64,000 nucleotides of DNA, from contig CDPCPM010000281.1 of the NCBI GenBank assembly GCA_976551045.1, positions 10,478,001 to 10,542,000 on the forward strand, read 5' to 3'. This document shows positions 25,569-37,827 of this stretch, one piece after another; position 1 is the stretch's first letter; every line of letters starts with the position of its first letter. This DNA is from Glaucostegus cemiculus. Lineage: Eukaryota. The position numbers and the translations under genes were made by a program. The notes under the pieces are model-generated. The model did not search any database and had not been told where the DNA came from. It saw nothing but the letters and a program-made list of their open reading frames with translations.

Positions 25569-28493
25569 TTGCAGGGGGAGGGGATCCAGAATGAGAGGGA
25601 GGATAGTAGGAAGGAGGGTGGAGGACAGGTAGGATCTGCACAATTTCAGAACAAAATTGGGAATGGAGGGAGGAAGAATGGGTTACAAATCCTATATATG
25701 AATGCACGGAGTGTCAGGAATAAGATAGGTGAGCTAGAAGCGCAGATACAAATGGGTAAATATGATGTTGTTGGGATAACGGAGACGTGGCTGCAGGGAG
25801 ATCAGACCTGGGAAATGAACTTTCAAGGGTTTACCTGTTATCGTAGAGACAGGAAGGAGGGCAGAGGGGGTGGGGTGGCCCTGTTAGTGAGGAATGAGAT
25901 TCAGTCCTTTGAAAGGGGGGACATCGAATCAGGAGAAGTAGAGTCAGTGTGGATAGAGCTGAGGAACATTAAGGGCAAAAAGACCATAATGGGTGTTATC
26001 TACAGGCCTCCAAACTGTGGCATAGATTTTGGGTGCAAGCTGTGTAGTGAGTTAAGGTTGGCATGTGGCAAGGGTAATGTCACAGTGATTATGGGTGATT
26101 TCAATATGAAAGTGGACTGGGAAAATCAGGCTGGTACTGGACCCCAGGAAAAGGAGTTTGTGGAGTGCCTCTGGGATGCATTCTTGGAGCAGTTAGTCCG
26201 TGAGCCGACCAGGGGGAAGGCTATACTGGATTTAGTGCTGTGTAATGAGCAGGATTTGGTAAAGGAACTTGAGGTAAAGGAGCCATTGGGCGGTAGTGAC
26301 CATAATATCATAAGTTTTTATCTACAATTGGAGAGGGAAAAGAGCAAATCAGAAGGGTCAATGTTGCAGTTGAATAAAGGAGACTATGGAGCCATGAGGG
26401 AGGAGCTAGCTAAAGTTGACTGGGAGGGCATCCTAGCGGAATTGAAAGTGGAACAGCAGTGGCAGGTATTCTTGGGAATAATGAACAAGGTGCAGGATTG
26501 GTTCATTCCTCGGAGAAGGAAAGACTCAAGGAGGGGAAAGGGGCCGTCGTGGCTGACAAAGGAGGTCAGAGATCGCATTGTGTTAAAAAGGAAGAGGTAT
26601 GGCAGAGCTAAGCTGAGTGGGAAGACAGAAGATTGGGAAATTTTTAAGGTGCAGCAGAATTTAACTAAAAAAGTAATTAGGAAAGAGAAAATAAGGTATG
26701 AAAGCAGGCTGGCCAGGAATATTAAGAAGGATAGTAAAAGTTTTTTTAGGTATGTAAAGAAAAAGAAGTTAGTTAGGAACAATGTCGGGCCCTTGAGGAC
26801 TGAATCGGGTGAGATAATTACGGGAAACAGGGAGATGGCGGTCGAATTAAATAAGTACTTTGGATCTGTCTTCACTGGGGAAGACGTAAGAAATCTCCCA
26901 GAAGTACGGTTGGAAAAAAGGCAGAGGGAGACAGAGAAACTGAAGTGGTTTGATATTCGGAAGGATATGGTGATGGGTAGACTAATGGGACTGAAGACGG
27001 ACAAATCCCCGGGTCCAGATGGTCTGCATCCCAGGGTACTTAAGGAGGTGGCCCTAGAAATTGTGGATGCATTGGTGATCATTTTCCGTTGTTCTTTAGA
27101 TACGGGGTCAGTTCCTGAGGATTGGAGAGTGGCTAATGTTGTCCCACTTTTTAAGAAAGGAGGGAGGGAGAAAATGGGGAACTACCGTCCAGTTAGCCTC
27201 ACGTCTGTGGTGGGGAAGATGCTAGAATCCCTTATTAAGGATGAGATAGTGGCATATTTGGACAACAATGATAGGATTGGGTCGAGTCAACATGGATTTA
27301 CCAAGGGCAAATCATGCTTGACTAATCTATTGGAATTTTTTGAGGAGGTAACCAGGAAAATAGATGAGGGAGAACAAGTGGATGTTGTATATCTCGACTT
27401 TCAGAAGGCATTTGATAAGGTGCCGCACAGGAGATTGGTGTGTAAGATTAGGGCTCACGGAATTGGAGGGAGGATATTAGCATGGATAGAAAACTGGTTG
27501 GCAGGTAGGAAGCAAAGAGTAGGGGTGAATGGATGTTTCTCAGAGTGGCAGGCCGTGACTAGTGGGGTGCCACAGGGCTCTGTGCTGGGACCTCAGCTTT
27601 TTACGATTTATGTTAATGATTTAGAGGAAGGCATTGAGAATAGCATTAGCAAGTTTGCTGACGATACAAAGTTGGGTGGTAGTGCGACAAGTGTAGAGGA
27701 AGTAAGGGAAATTCAAAGTGACTTGGATAGGTTGGGTGAATGGGCGGAAACTTGGCAGATGAAGTTTAATGTGGAAAAGTGTGAGGTTATTCACTTTGGG
27801 AACAGGAACGGGAAGGCGAATTATTTTCTGAATGGTGTGGAGCTTGGCAAGGGGGAAAAACAAAGGGATTTAGGAGTATGTGTGCATCATTCACTGAAAG
27901 TGAATGAGCAGGTACAGCAGGCAGTAGCGAAGGCAAATGGAATGTTGGCCTGTATTACAAGGGGAATTGAGTACAAAAGCAAAGAGATTCTTCTGCATTT
28001 GTACAGGGCCCTGGTGAGACCACTGCTGGAGTATTGTGTACAGTTTTGGTCTCCGGGATTAAAGAAGGATATCCTGGCTATAGAGGGTGTGCAGCGTAGG
28101 TTCACAAGGTTAATTCCAGGGATGTCAGGACTGACTTATGCTGAGAGGTTGGAGAGACTGGGTTTGTACATGCTAGAATTGAGAAGATTAAGAGGGGATC
28201 TGATTGAGACTTATAGGATTATTAAAGGTTTGGACAGGATAGAGGGAGGAAGTATGTTCCAGATGTTGGGGAAATCCAGGACCAGAGGGCATGAGCTTAG
28301 AATTAAGGGTATGCCATTTAGGACAGAAGTGAGGAGAAACTTCTTCTCACAAAGGGTGGTAAATCTGTGGAATGCACTGCCTCAGAGGGCAGTGGAGGCC
28401 AATACACTGGGCACTTTCAAGGAAGAGTTAGATAGGTTTCTTATAGATAGGGGAATCAGGGGATATGGGGACAAGGCAGGAACAGGTTATTGA
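25569..28493 (+). CDS. CR1 ORF2: APE endonuclease plus reverse transcriptase, uninterrupted (974 aa from TTG)
   Basis: EN motifs YMNARS, GITETW, IYRPP, MGDFN, SDH. RT motifs KSPGPDG, NYRPVSLTS, QHGF, LDFQKAFD, GVPQGSVLGP, FADDTKL. CR1 C-terminal RTRGH...NFFSQRVVNLWNALP. True start unknown. Confidence 0.96.
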   Translation: MQGEGIQNEREDSRKEGGGQVGSAQFQNKIGNGGRKNGLQILYMNARSVRNKIGELEAQIQMGKYDVVGITETWLQGDQTWEMNFQGFTCYRRDRKEGRGGGVALLVRNEIQSFERGDIESGEVESVWIELRNIKGKKTIMGVIYRPPNCGIDFGCKLCSELRLACGKGNVTVIMGDFNMKVDWENQAGTGPQEKEFVECLWDAFLEQLVREPTRGKAILDLVLCNEQDLVKELEVKEPLGGSDHNIISFYLQLEREKSKSEGSMLQLNKGDYGAMREELAKVDWEGILAELKVEQQWQVFLGIMNKVQDWFIPRRRKDSRRGKGPSWLTKEVRDRIVLKRKRYGRAKLSGKTEDWEIFKVQQNLTKKVIRKEKIRYESRLARNIKKDSKSFFRYVKKKKLVRNNVGPLRTESGEIITGNREMAVELNKYFGSVFTGEDVRNLPEVRLEKRQRETEKLKWFDIRKDMVMGRLMGLKTDKSPGPDGLHPRVLKEVALEIVDALVIIFRCSLDTGSVPEDWRVANVVPLFKKGGREKMGNYRPVSLTSVVGKMLESLIKDEIVAYLDNNDRIGSSQHGFTKGKSCLTNLLEFFEEVTRKIDEGEQVDVVYLDFQKAFDKVPHRRLVCKIRAHGIGGRILAWIENWLAGRKQRVGVNGCFSEWQAVTSGVPQGSVLGPQLFTIYVNDLEEGIENSISKFADDTKLGGSATSVEEVREIQSDLDRLGEWAETWQMKFNVEKCEVIHFGNRNGKANYFLNGVELGKGEKQRDLGVCVHHSLKVNEQVQQAVAKANGMLACITRGIEYKSKEILLHLYRALVRPLLEYCVQFWSPGLKKDILAIEGVQRRFTRLIPGMSGLTYAERLERLGLYMLELRRLRGDLIETYRIIKGLDRIEGGSMFQMLGKSRTRGHELRIKGMPFRTEVRRNFFSQRVVNLWNALPQRAVEANTLGTFKEELDRFLIDRGIRGYGDKAGTGY

Positions 28494-28525
28494 GGGTAGA
28501 TGATCAGCCATGATCTCAAAATGGC

Positions 28526-28564
28526 GGAGCAGACTCGAAGGGCCGAAAGGTCTACTTCTGCTCC
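28526..28564 (+). other. CR1 3' UTR stem-loop (putative RT recognition signal)
   Basis: ggagcaga (28526-28533) pairs with tctgctcc (28557-28564); inner GGCC-GAAA-GGTC hairpin at 28541-28552. Confidence 0.75.
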
Positions 28565-28899
28565 TATTGTCTATTGTCATCCAGTCTCCCCTGCTTCCTT
28601 GGTTTATGTAGGTGGGGTGTGGTTTTGCTGGTTGATTATTTCAAGTCACTATCTGCAGTTGTATTCTTCTCTTTAATAATCTGTCTGAGCCTAAGGCATT
28701 GTTTACCTTCACAACGTCAGTGACTTTAGTTCAGTGACTCACTATTAATCAAAAAACTGCAAATGCTGCTAATCTTCATCAGGAGGGGTTTTTGAACTGA
28801 CATGTTAACTCTGCTTCTCTCTCCACAGAAGCTGCCTGCCCTGTTGTTTCCAGCATTTTCAGTTTTCACATCAGACTTTTTCTTGTTCTTTCCTGCATC

Positions 28900-29900
28900 T
28901 TCTCCAGATTAGAATTATCCTTTCTGAGGTGGATGAATCAAAACTGGACACAATATTTCACAAGAAATCTTTCCAGGCCTCATTAATTGTCACCCTACTT
29001 TTACAAGTAACATTCTAGCTAATAAAACTCATGATCCAGCTTGCTCTAGCTGTATTTCTTGAATTGCACTTAATCCTGAGGAATGATTACTCACGTTTAC
29101 TTCCTCTCATTTGCTTCATCCAACCCACAATGGCGAAGTGTTTGACTCTCTGGTAATGCCTTCATTATTGTTAATAATTATTCCCAAATTATAACATAGT
29201 GCACTCAGTCACTCAAAGTTTACAACTGATTGGGTGATTTACATCCATTCGCAATCTCCTATCGCCTTTCAAAATCTTAATTCTGTTGCACAGTTTGGTG
29301 TCAGCCACTGATTTAATTATTTCATTACCTTCATCCTTGTCCAGGTCACCAAAGAATAAAATATAGGTAAGGGTACCCATCAATTCAGAGACATCTCACT
29401 CAAAGCAGACCCCACAGGGAAGTTACAATTAAGACTGTAGTTGTTTTGCCAATGTGTTATACATTTTCTGATTTCAGCTTTTACAGCATGCAACTAAGTT
29501 CCTCTCAAAATTCTCATGCAGCTGATTACCAAAAGTCTTTAGGAAATTCAAGAATATCTCTGGTTTCCAACAGATAATGTTCTGATCATCTGTTTGAAAA
29601 TCTGAATCAGTTATGTCTATATTAGTGTGTTTCCTGGTGCATTTGATTATCTCATATAATTGCTCTGGTTTTAATGCTTATTTATTGACTTCCTTGTAAG
29701 ATGGTCCATTATCTTTCCCATCAGAGACTCACTGGACTATGGTGTTGCAGATTTAACTTCCATCTCTTCTTTATTAAGGAGATGACACATATTTGTTTTC
29801 CAGTACACCAAAATTCCAGGCATAGGCAGACCCAGCTTTCTAATATCAAAACTAAATGCAAAGTAATTGTTTGACTCTCTAGTAATGTCTTCATTATTGT
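28900..29900 (-). mobile_element. Very old CR1 RT remnant
   Basis: aaactggacacaatatt reads YCVQF on the minus strand; agtttggtgtcagcc resembles ADTKL. Confidence 0.5.
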
Positions 29901-30274
29901 TAATAATTATTCCCAAATTATAATATAATGCAACAATTTGCAACCTAACATTTTTGACAACAAAGATAAGAACAATTCCTTCCTTCTCATGTTTTCTACT
30001 ATCCCTCTGTCTTGATTCATGTTGGCCTTCCCTAATACTTTTTGAGTCAAAGGTAACTACCTTTAAATATGTTTGTTTTCTTTCTAACACTTCTTCTTGT
30101 ATTCTTCTTGCTCAATTAACTTTGCATATAGACATTCTGTTCTTTTTCTCATTGATCACACTTTTGCCTTCCTTTGGGCATCTTTTCCTCTATTGATGTT
30201 TTCCTTAAGTTTGCATTCCTTGTGTGCTTCAGTCACTGCGGTTCAGCCTTGGTCTTAATTATTGCTGGGATGGA

Positions 30275-31120
30275 GTCTGTCAGCACAGAAACAGGCCCCT
30301 GAGACCATCACGTCATTGCTGACTGTCAAGCACCCACCTATATTAATCCCATTTTCCAGCACTTGGCTCATAGCCTTCTATGCCATGCCATTATAGTGCT
30401 CGTCTAGGTACTTTTTAAATGTGAGAGTCTCTACCTCCATCGCCTACACAGCCAGTGCATTCCAGATTTCAGCCATTCTCTGGGTGGTAAAATTCTACCT
30501 CAGAACTTCCTGCCCTTTATCTTAGACGTATGCCTTAAAGTTTTAGATACCTCTGCTTTGGGGAAAAGTTTCTCACTATCTAACCTATATATGCCCCTGA
30601 TCACTTTGTATACTTCAATCATGTCCCCCCTTTAGATTATTTCTTTCCAAGGAAAACAAAGCCAACCTAACCGGTCTCTCCTTATAATTAAATTTCTTCA
30701 TCCCAAGCAGCACTTTGGTAAACCCCCTGTGCACTTTCTCCAGCGTAATCAGATCCTTCAACTACTGTGGTGAATAAAACTGCACACAGTAGTCAAGCTG
30801 TAACATAACCAATGTTTTATAAAGTTATACAGTAACCTGTCTGATCTTATATTCTATGCCCCAGCTAATGAAGGAAAATATCCCACGTGCTTTCCTCACC
30901 ATCCTATCTACCTGTGCTGTCACCTTAAGGAATCCTTAGATTTGTACACCGAGGTTCTTCTATTCCTCTAGTGCCCTACCATTCATTATGTATGTCCTGC
31001 CCTTATTAGTCCTTGCAAAATGCACCACCTCTCACTTATCATGATTAAATTCCATCTGCCATTTCTCTGCCTATTTCACATACTCATCAACATCATTCTG
31101 TAGCTTAAGACTACCCTCCC
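30275..31120 (-). mobile_element. CR1 3' fragment
   Basis: Tail cagcacagaaacaggccc at the left, then the reverse complement of the ORF2 C-terminus (aaactgcacacagtagtc = DYCVQF). Confidence 0.85.
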
Positions 31121-31802
31121 TGAGAGCTAGTCCTCATTCCTGTATATTGAACTTTATTATAATTCAGCACCATGGTATAGTACTCCTGAAATATGCCTTT
31201 GCCCCATGCTTTTACTGACAATGCTAGAAAGCTGGTTGCTGCTCCTCTACCTGCAACATCACCAGCTCATTACTAAACATTACAATTTAATATATTAGAC
31301 CTACGAGGCACATGGTAAACCATTCTAGTTGCAAGATGATCTGAAACCATAGAGGTGAATTAAAATGTTCAGTCTCCACAGGTCTGTGATTGAACTCTTG
31401 CCTTTGCTTAGTGGGATTTATATTTCATTCTCCAACCTTATCAGTTTAAAGAAACTCTAACTGCTTCCCCCAAATTGGTAGAAAAATAAATGAGTACCTT
31501 TACAGCAGGTGCACTGTTGATAAATAGCCCCTATTGTCTTACCAACTAGACCCAGTTCTCAATATATTCCAGCCTGTTCTGATCAGTGGCTCCTGACATA
31601 GTTAGCAGCAATCTTGAAATGTCGGACTGAAGGGTGCACTCTTGTAAATTAAGTGCGACATTTGGTGCCTGTGCTTGATGATCTTGAATCTCCTCCTTAT
31701 TTGTCAAGGCTTCACCAATCCTCAATAAGTTTCTGAGGGCTTGGCCTGAGAAGACTGACTGCTCTGCTACTCTATGGGAGTTACCAGGAGAAAACGAGTG
31801 AA

Positions 31803-31952
31803 GGCACAAGAGACTGCAGATGCTAGAATCTGGAGGAAGAAGTGAAATGCAGCAACCATGGAGGGAACTGGACAGTCGATGTATTGGATTGAGAACATCA
31901 ACTGTCCATTTCCGTCCATACATGCTGTGTGACCCGGCATTTTGTTTTTTTG
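31803..31952. mobile_element. Palindromic Penelope-derived mini-element, degenerate
   Basis: cacaagagactgcagatgct arm; central inversion ggacagtcgatgt / acatcaactgtcc. Confidence 0.6.
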
Positions 31953-32514
31953 CAGGAGAAAATGAGTGCTTGTTTAAAGTTTCCTTCCACTAGTGTTAGG
32001 GCTGTTAAGTGGTGTCCTGATGGGATCTCAAAACTCCTACATTTATGAAGGACAGCTTGATACCTTGATCAGTGACATGGTAATTGAAGATGCACATTTA
32101 GGGTAATCACAAAATCATTGTAGAAACAAAATACTTTGCACAGAAGGTGATTCAAATCTGAAAAATGTCTGCAATAAACAATAACTATAATTAACTTAAA
32201 AAGGAATTAGTTGCAAGGCATTGTACAAGATTGGGAAAAGGTTAGCTGGCACATATGGAGTAAACAAAGTAGACCTGATGGATTGCTACTCTGACTTCCT
32301 GTAACCTTCACAGATTTGAGATAAAGCAGAAGAAGAACTAATATAAGCAATGAGACTGAAGTAGAAATGTCCCTGTATTAGGGGTGGAAGAGTCGGGGTG
32401 GAGGCAGAGAGGTGAATTGCATCTTCACTTTAACTCACCCATTTTAGAATCTGTCCAATTTTAATCCAAAATCAAAATACAGTGGTGCTGAGAATCTATG
32501 TTACAAACAGAATA

Positions 32515-32775
32515 CAGGCCATCCCTGGGTGATAAATGGGTTCTGTTTTTATAGACATTCATAGATCGATTTTGTCCATAAGTTGGAAAATACACAAAAA
32601 TCACTTGATATGGTAGCTCTAGCTCCTCAATATTGTAATGAATAGCAGGAGAAGCATATAATACTGATAAGAAAGAATAATTCCTAACATGCCATTTATA
32701 GGAATAAATGTACGTCAAACTCACTGTATATACAGGTACCTGTAGGTTGGGAGTTCGTAACCCAAGGGCAGCCTG
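32515..32775. mobile_element. Tc1/mariner (Tigger-like) MITE
   Basis: ta|CAGGCCATCCCTGGGT...ACCCAAGGGCAGCCTG terminal inverted repeats; inverted homolog of 43452-43757. Confidence 0.8.
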
Positions 32776-33375
32776 AATGCTGGAAATACTCTGCAAGTCA
32801 GGCAGCATCTGTAGAGAGATAAACAGTTAATGTTTTAGGTTGATGGCCCTGCATCAGACCTGGGAAACATTCGAGATAAAAGGTGTTTAAAGCTGCAGGG
32901 AAAGGAGGGAGAGGCAGAGGGCAATAAAGGGAGGTCTGTGATAGTGTGGAAACAGATACAGAATGAATCATTCGTGGTGGTGGTCGTGTCTGCTGAGAAA
33001 GGGTGTGGAGGGCCAGGAACGTCTAAAGCTGTGTCTGGGGAAGGTGCAACTAGGAGGAGATGGATGAAATCTAAAATTGCAGATGAGGACAGAGAAGCAA
33101 GAACTGAAGGCTGGAAAGAGATACAAGACTAGAATGGCTGCTTATCTGAAATTGTCAAATTCAACGTTGAATCCTCAAGGATGTAATGCACCAGGTCAGG
33201 GTATGAAGTGCTGTTCTTCAAGAAAATATTCAGCTTCATTAGATCTGTGTAGGAGGCCAAAGACCAAAGAGTAAGAGTGAGAGTAAAGTGGCAAAGTAAA
33301 GTGACAGGCAACTGGAGGCTGGGGTTTAGTCACCCTTACAGATCGAACAGATGTTTTCTGCAAAGTGGTCTTCCC
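32776..33375 (-). mobile_element. Penelope-like element 3' fragment
   Basis: Minus strand LEEQHFIP*PGALHP*GFNVEFDNF (~33147-33225). Hammerhead remnant ggtCTGATGCagggccatcaacctAAAACATtaactg (~32824-32860), then the terminal unit. Confidence 0.75.
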
Positions 33376-36300
33376 AAATTCAGTGCTGAGTTTAGATCAA
33401 TGTGGGTAATTATACAAAGAATCAATTGTTTAGAAAAACATGAGCATTACCTTCACTTCTTATGCCATTAAGGCTTTGTGCAAAGGTTTTATAAGAAATT
33501 ATGAAATCTTTTAAATTAGCCAGACCTTCAAAGGATGAGCCGACTCTATCCTCTTATATCAAGACAATGTGTTACCAGTGAACCCTAACTCTTCTGGTTA
33601 ATGACTATGGCATTTGCTATTGTGTACATCCTTCGTTCTTTGGTTTATAGAAACCCTGCAGCATACAATAACCTGCTCAAAAGTCCGCGTCATCCACATG
33701 GAAGATTTAATACAAGAAGGCTAAACCTCCATCTGACTGAGGCTCTCAGGGCAAAGGCCAAAGCCAAGATGCACCATATGATTATTGGGAGAGGGCACAG
33801 AAAATTATAGATGTAACTGGAGAACGATACGTCAACATCACCCAAAAACATCACTACACAGTGAACTTCTGAAGTGACCAGTGCTTCAGCATGGAGACTC
33901 CATGGGCCAGTAGCTTTCAAGATCACTTTTATTGGCTCTGTAAGAACTGATGAGCTGACACATTGGCCTTCAAATTCATTAGATTTTTATGAACTAAGCA
34001 ATTGAAAGGAAGTGTAAAATCAATCTCTAATCTTAATTAGTACTTTCAAGTGCCCATGGCACTCTATGGAAAATAGCAATGACACTGCACAGAGGTCATT
34101 GCATGCACAATAGTGACGTCAAGTACTATGAAAACTATGTTTGACCGCTGCTACAACATTGCAGAGCAGAAATGTAATGAAGAAACAATATGGGACTTGA
34201 TTGGCAAAAGGGATCCTATTAGTAGGAGGAATACCTGCTCAAGCATTAGTTAAAGGGCCAGTACTTTAGCTGTTGTTGAGGAATCTGCCACAGAAGACCA
34301 TGAATTTGTCTCTAATGAACCAAAGGATCAAACAATTCCATAATCTTCCGACTCTTCTACTTTTCTTGAATGGGGACTTAACTGCTCTGTATCTCACCTT
34401 AGCTATCTACTTCAATGCCATGATGTTTGATTATGTCAGAAAAGCAGACCCCCCACACCCACGGCCTTCCCAACACACCAAGCTTCCAATCGACCAGTTC
34501 AGCCCCAGTACTTCCAGCCAAGCCGGATACCAAGCACTTCCTGAAATTACGACTAGTTACTTCGCACAACTCCGCTAAAGACATGAGATTCAAAATGTAG
34601 CACAGGCAACTCTTTATCAGCCATTTCTTTGGTCACTACCCCAGAAGAAACCTGTTCTGGTCCCCACTAATTCAGTACAGTGTACAGTTACTAAACCGTA
34701 TAAATGGCCAGCGGTCCACATTTAGAACATTGGGTATTGGTTATACAGTCAGAGGGTTGATACCAGAAACACTTGTGTTGGAAAGTACTCCCTGCAAAGT
34801 GCTCATTGCACAACAGCTGTGCCTTTGCCCAAAGGGATCGCAAGGCAGATTCCGTGGGACTGCTACAAACTTCAAACCACCTTTTGTCAGCACAAAGCCT
34901 TAAGAAAGCAGCTTGACTGATATTTGAAGATTTCACAGGGCACAAAAGTGGAAGAACATAATATATAACTGCACAATGTAAACGTTTTCAAATGGACACA
35001 CCACCTGCACCTATCTATGATAGCACTCAGGTGCTCACATATTTAGTCTTCAGGTCCAATGAGAGTTTACTATTATTTCCAGGTTTTTTCACATTGAGAT
35101 GATGTGACAACAGATCTGAATTGCAGTTTCAATTTAGGTTTCCCCTTCATCTTTGACATTTCCTTTATATCATCACTTGTATTCATTTTAGGAACACTGG
35201 TAATGCTAATTTGTGTCACCAGCTACCCAACAGATTGTGGTAGAAATTCTATCAATGACTCTTCCTGTTAGGAAAGTAATTTTGACAGATAAAACAGTGG
35301 AAGCAATGGGTTCACTGGATAGAGGCAGTTGAAGCTGTGCCAGCTGAATTGACTGAGCACCAGAGAAAGAAAATAAAACAAAAAATAAATTATAAACCCA
35401 TTAATCGGATCCCACAACTCACATTGCTTTGCCAGAGGCTTCCTGCCATTGGCTTGGGCTGCCTACTGGCGAGGAACAACAACAAAAAAGTTACAGGAAT
35501 AGAGGAAAATTGCCCACTTTACCAAGAAGAAAATCTTGGAAAGAAGAACAAGGTAGAGAGACGTGGCCAGAAATTCATGCCTATGCTAAACACATCATAC
35601 AGTCACGTAAGCCCATTATACTTTGCTTCCAAAATGCATTCCATTGATTTCAAAATGTAGACATCAATCACGAGACCTTTATAAATGTATTTATGTATTT
35701 CATGTGTGCATATTTCTGTCATTGTAATATGCAATCTCAATATTATGTTCACTAATCAGTCATTTCCCATAAACAGCCTGATCAGCTCAAACCACTTTAA
35801 ACATAATTTGCCTTCTTGTTCTATAATAAAATTGTCTCTATCATGCACTGTCAGGGGACTTTCATTCAAACAAAAGGCAATTTATGTTAAAGCTGCCTTT
35901 CTGATCAGAAGGATCATGCAATAAATCATAAACCACTCTTTCATTAACAAGTTGAGATAGTTAACTTACGTACATGTGACTATTTTGGAATTAAAAATAC
36001 AACATTCACTGAGACACCAGTGCGCTAAAATCATAATCCAATATGCATCTCCTTTGCACAGTGCATTGTCAAAAAAAAAATCATCCATCAACACTTACAT
36101 TTTTGGTGAGAACATTTGAAGAAGAAGTAAAAACTCCATCTCCATCTGGCACTGGACTCAGCCTTGCTAAAGATTGAACTGGCCCAACAAAGACAACCTG
36201 ACTGAGAGCTTGGAGTCAGGTTGTCACTAAAAACCGAATATGATTATTTGAAGGACGAGATGTGGGCTGTGAAGGCTGGAGGTGGGTGCAAATATGGGAA

Positions 36301-36989
36301 AGGATAGATTTTGACACATCCCTGACAGAGAAAGTCAACAGATGGTATGTTAGAGATGACAATCAGCTACACAGCAGCATCTTTGTTTATTTTAAAGTTC
36401 AGTCATTTTATTGGCATATAAATAAGGGTCAAAGTAAGCTTGTTCCATTTTCCTTATGGGTTAGTTAAAAAATAAAGTTTACTACAGACACTTTTAAGTT
36501 TGGTTGTAAATACTGTAAAATGACTAAATTTTCTAACTCATGGGACTTGAACCCCTTGTGTTATACATGCACTCTTGGGTAACCCAGGCACTTTCCCTTT
36601 GATGTTGGTTTCACGTGAGGCTCGGCAAGATGACATGTTTCACCCTTGATAATAGAAATGCTTGTTTCAGAGATGGTACGGTGGAAGGACAAGGTGCCCA
36701 CTGTTGTCAATCATCCTAGGTGGCAGTAGTAATGTTTTGTTTTGTATATCCTTTCAGCCTATAGATTTCTTTACTTGACTAGTATAAAAATGTCTTAAAA
36801 CCAAATACTCAGCTTTTTGTTTTGTCGTTCATGTGAAAAAGTGGTCAAAACATCTTGAAACATGCACATTTTAAGAGTGTAAGATTTGACTCTCTAAGCA
36901 AAAATATATTTCACAAAAATATTTAGATAAACCAACCTTATCAGATCAAAATCCTTCTTCAGGTTCAGACTTAATTTGAGAAGGAAACA

Positions 36990-37827
36990 GGATATAGTTC
37001 AGCTGGGAAAGTGGGCAAAGGAATGGCAGATGGAAGACTAAGTGATGCATTTTGGGAAGTTAAACCATGGCAGGACAGACAGAGTCAATGATAGGGCCTG
37101 GGAAGTGTTGCAGAACAGAGAGACCCAGGAGTACAAGTACATAGTTCCCAGAAAGTGGTGACATAGGAAGACAAGATGGAGAGGAAGGCGTATGGCACAC
37201 TTGCCTTCATCAGATGGGGCAATGAGTACAAGAATTGGAACGTCATGTTACAACTGTATAAGACGTTGGTGAGACAGCACCTGGAATATGGTGTGCAGTT
37301 CCAGTCACCATCCTATAGAAAGGATGTGATTAAGCTGGAGACGGTGCAGAAAAGATTCACAAGGATGTTGATGGGACTGAAGGGCTTGAGTTATAAAGAG
37401 AAACTTGATAGGCAGGGACTGTTTTCCCTGGAGTGAAGGAGGCTGAGGGGTGACCTTATAGAGTTTATAAAATCATGAGGGGGCATAGATAAGGTGACGG
37501 TCATGGTCTTTTACCCAGGGCAGGGGAGCCTACAACTAGAGGGCATAGGTTTAGGTGAGAGGGGAATGATTTAAAGGGGATCTGAGGGGCAGATTTTCCA
37601 CACAGAAGGTGGTGGGTACGTGGAACGAGCTGCAAGAGGAGGTGGTAGGGGCAGGTACAATTACAACATTTAAAAGACATTTGGGCAGGTTCATGGATGG
37701 GAAAGGTTTAGAAGGATATGGGCCCAATGCAGTCCAATGGGATTGGCTCAGGAAGGCATCTTGGTCGGCACAGAGTTGTTGGGCCAAAGGGCCTGTTTCC
37801 ATGCTGTACAATTCTATGACTCTATGA
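36990..37827 (+). mobile_element. CR1 3' fragment (frameshifted)
   Basis: LYKTLVRQHLEYGVQF..YRKDVIKLETVQKRFTRML, WNELQEEVV, and tail tgggccaaagggcctgtttcc...ctatgactctatga. Confidence 0.92.

Larger units (their letters stand above)
25508..28577 (+). mobile_element. Young CR1-clade LINE, 5'-truncated within the end of ORF1
   Basis: ORF1 tail, complete ORF2, short 3' UTR with a stem-loop, and a terminal (ctattgt)2 repeat. Boundaries are fixed by the interrupted host duplication. Confidence 0.95.

Noticed and set aside
26384-27082. 232-aa antisense ORF (also 26126-26311, 27621-27863, 27887-28105)
   Set aside because: Antisense shadows of the CR1 ORF2, with no recognisable domain.
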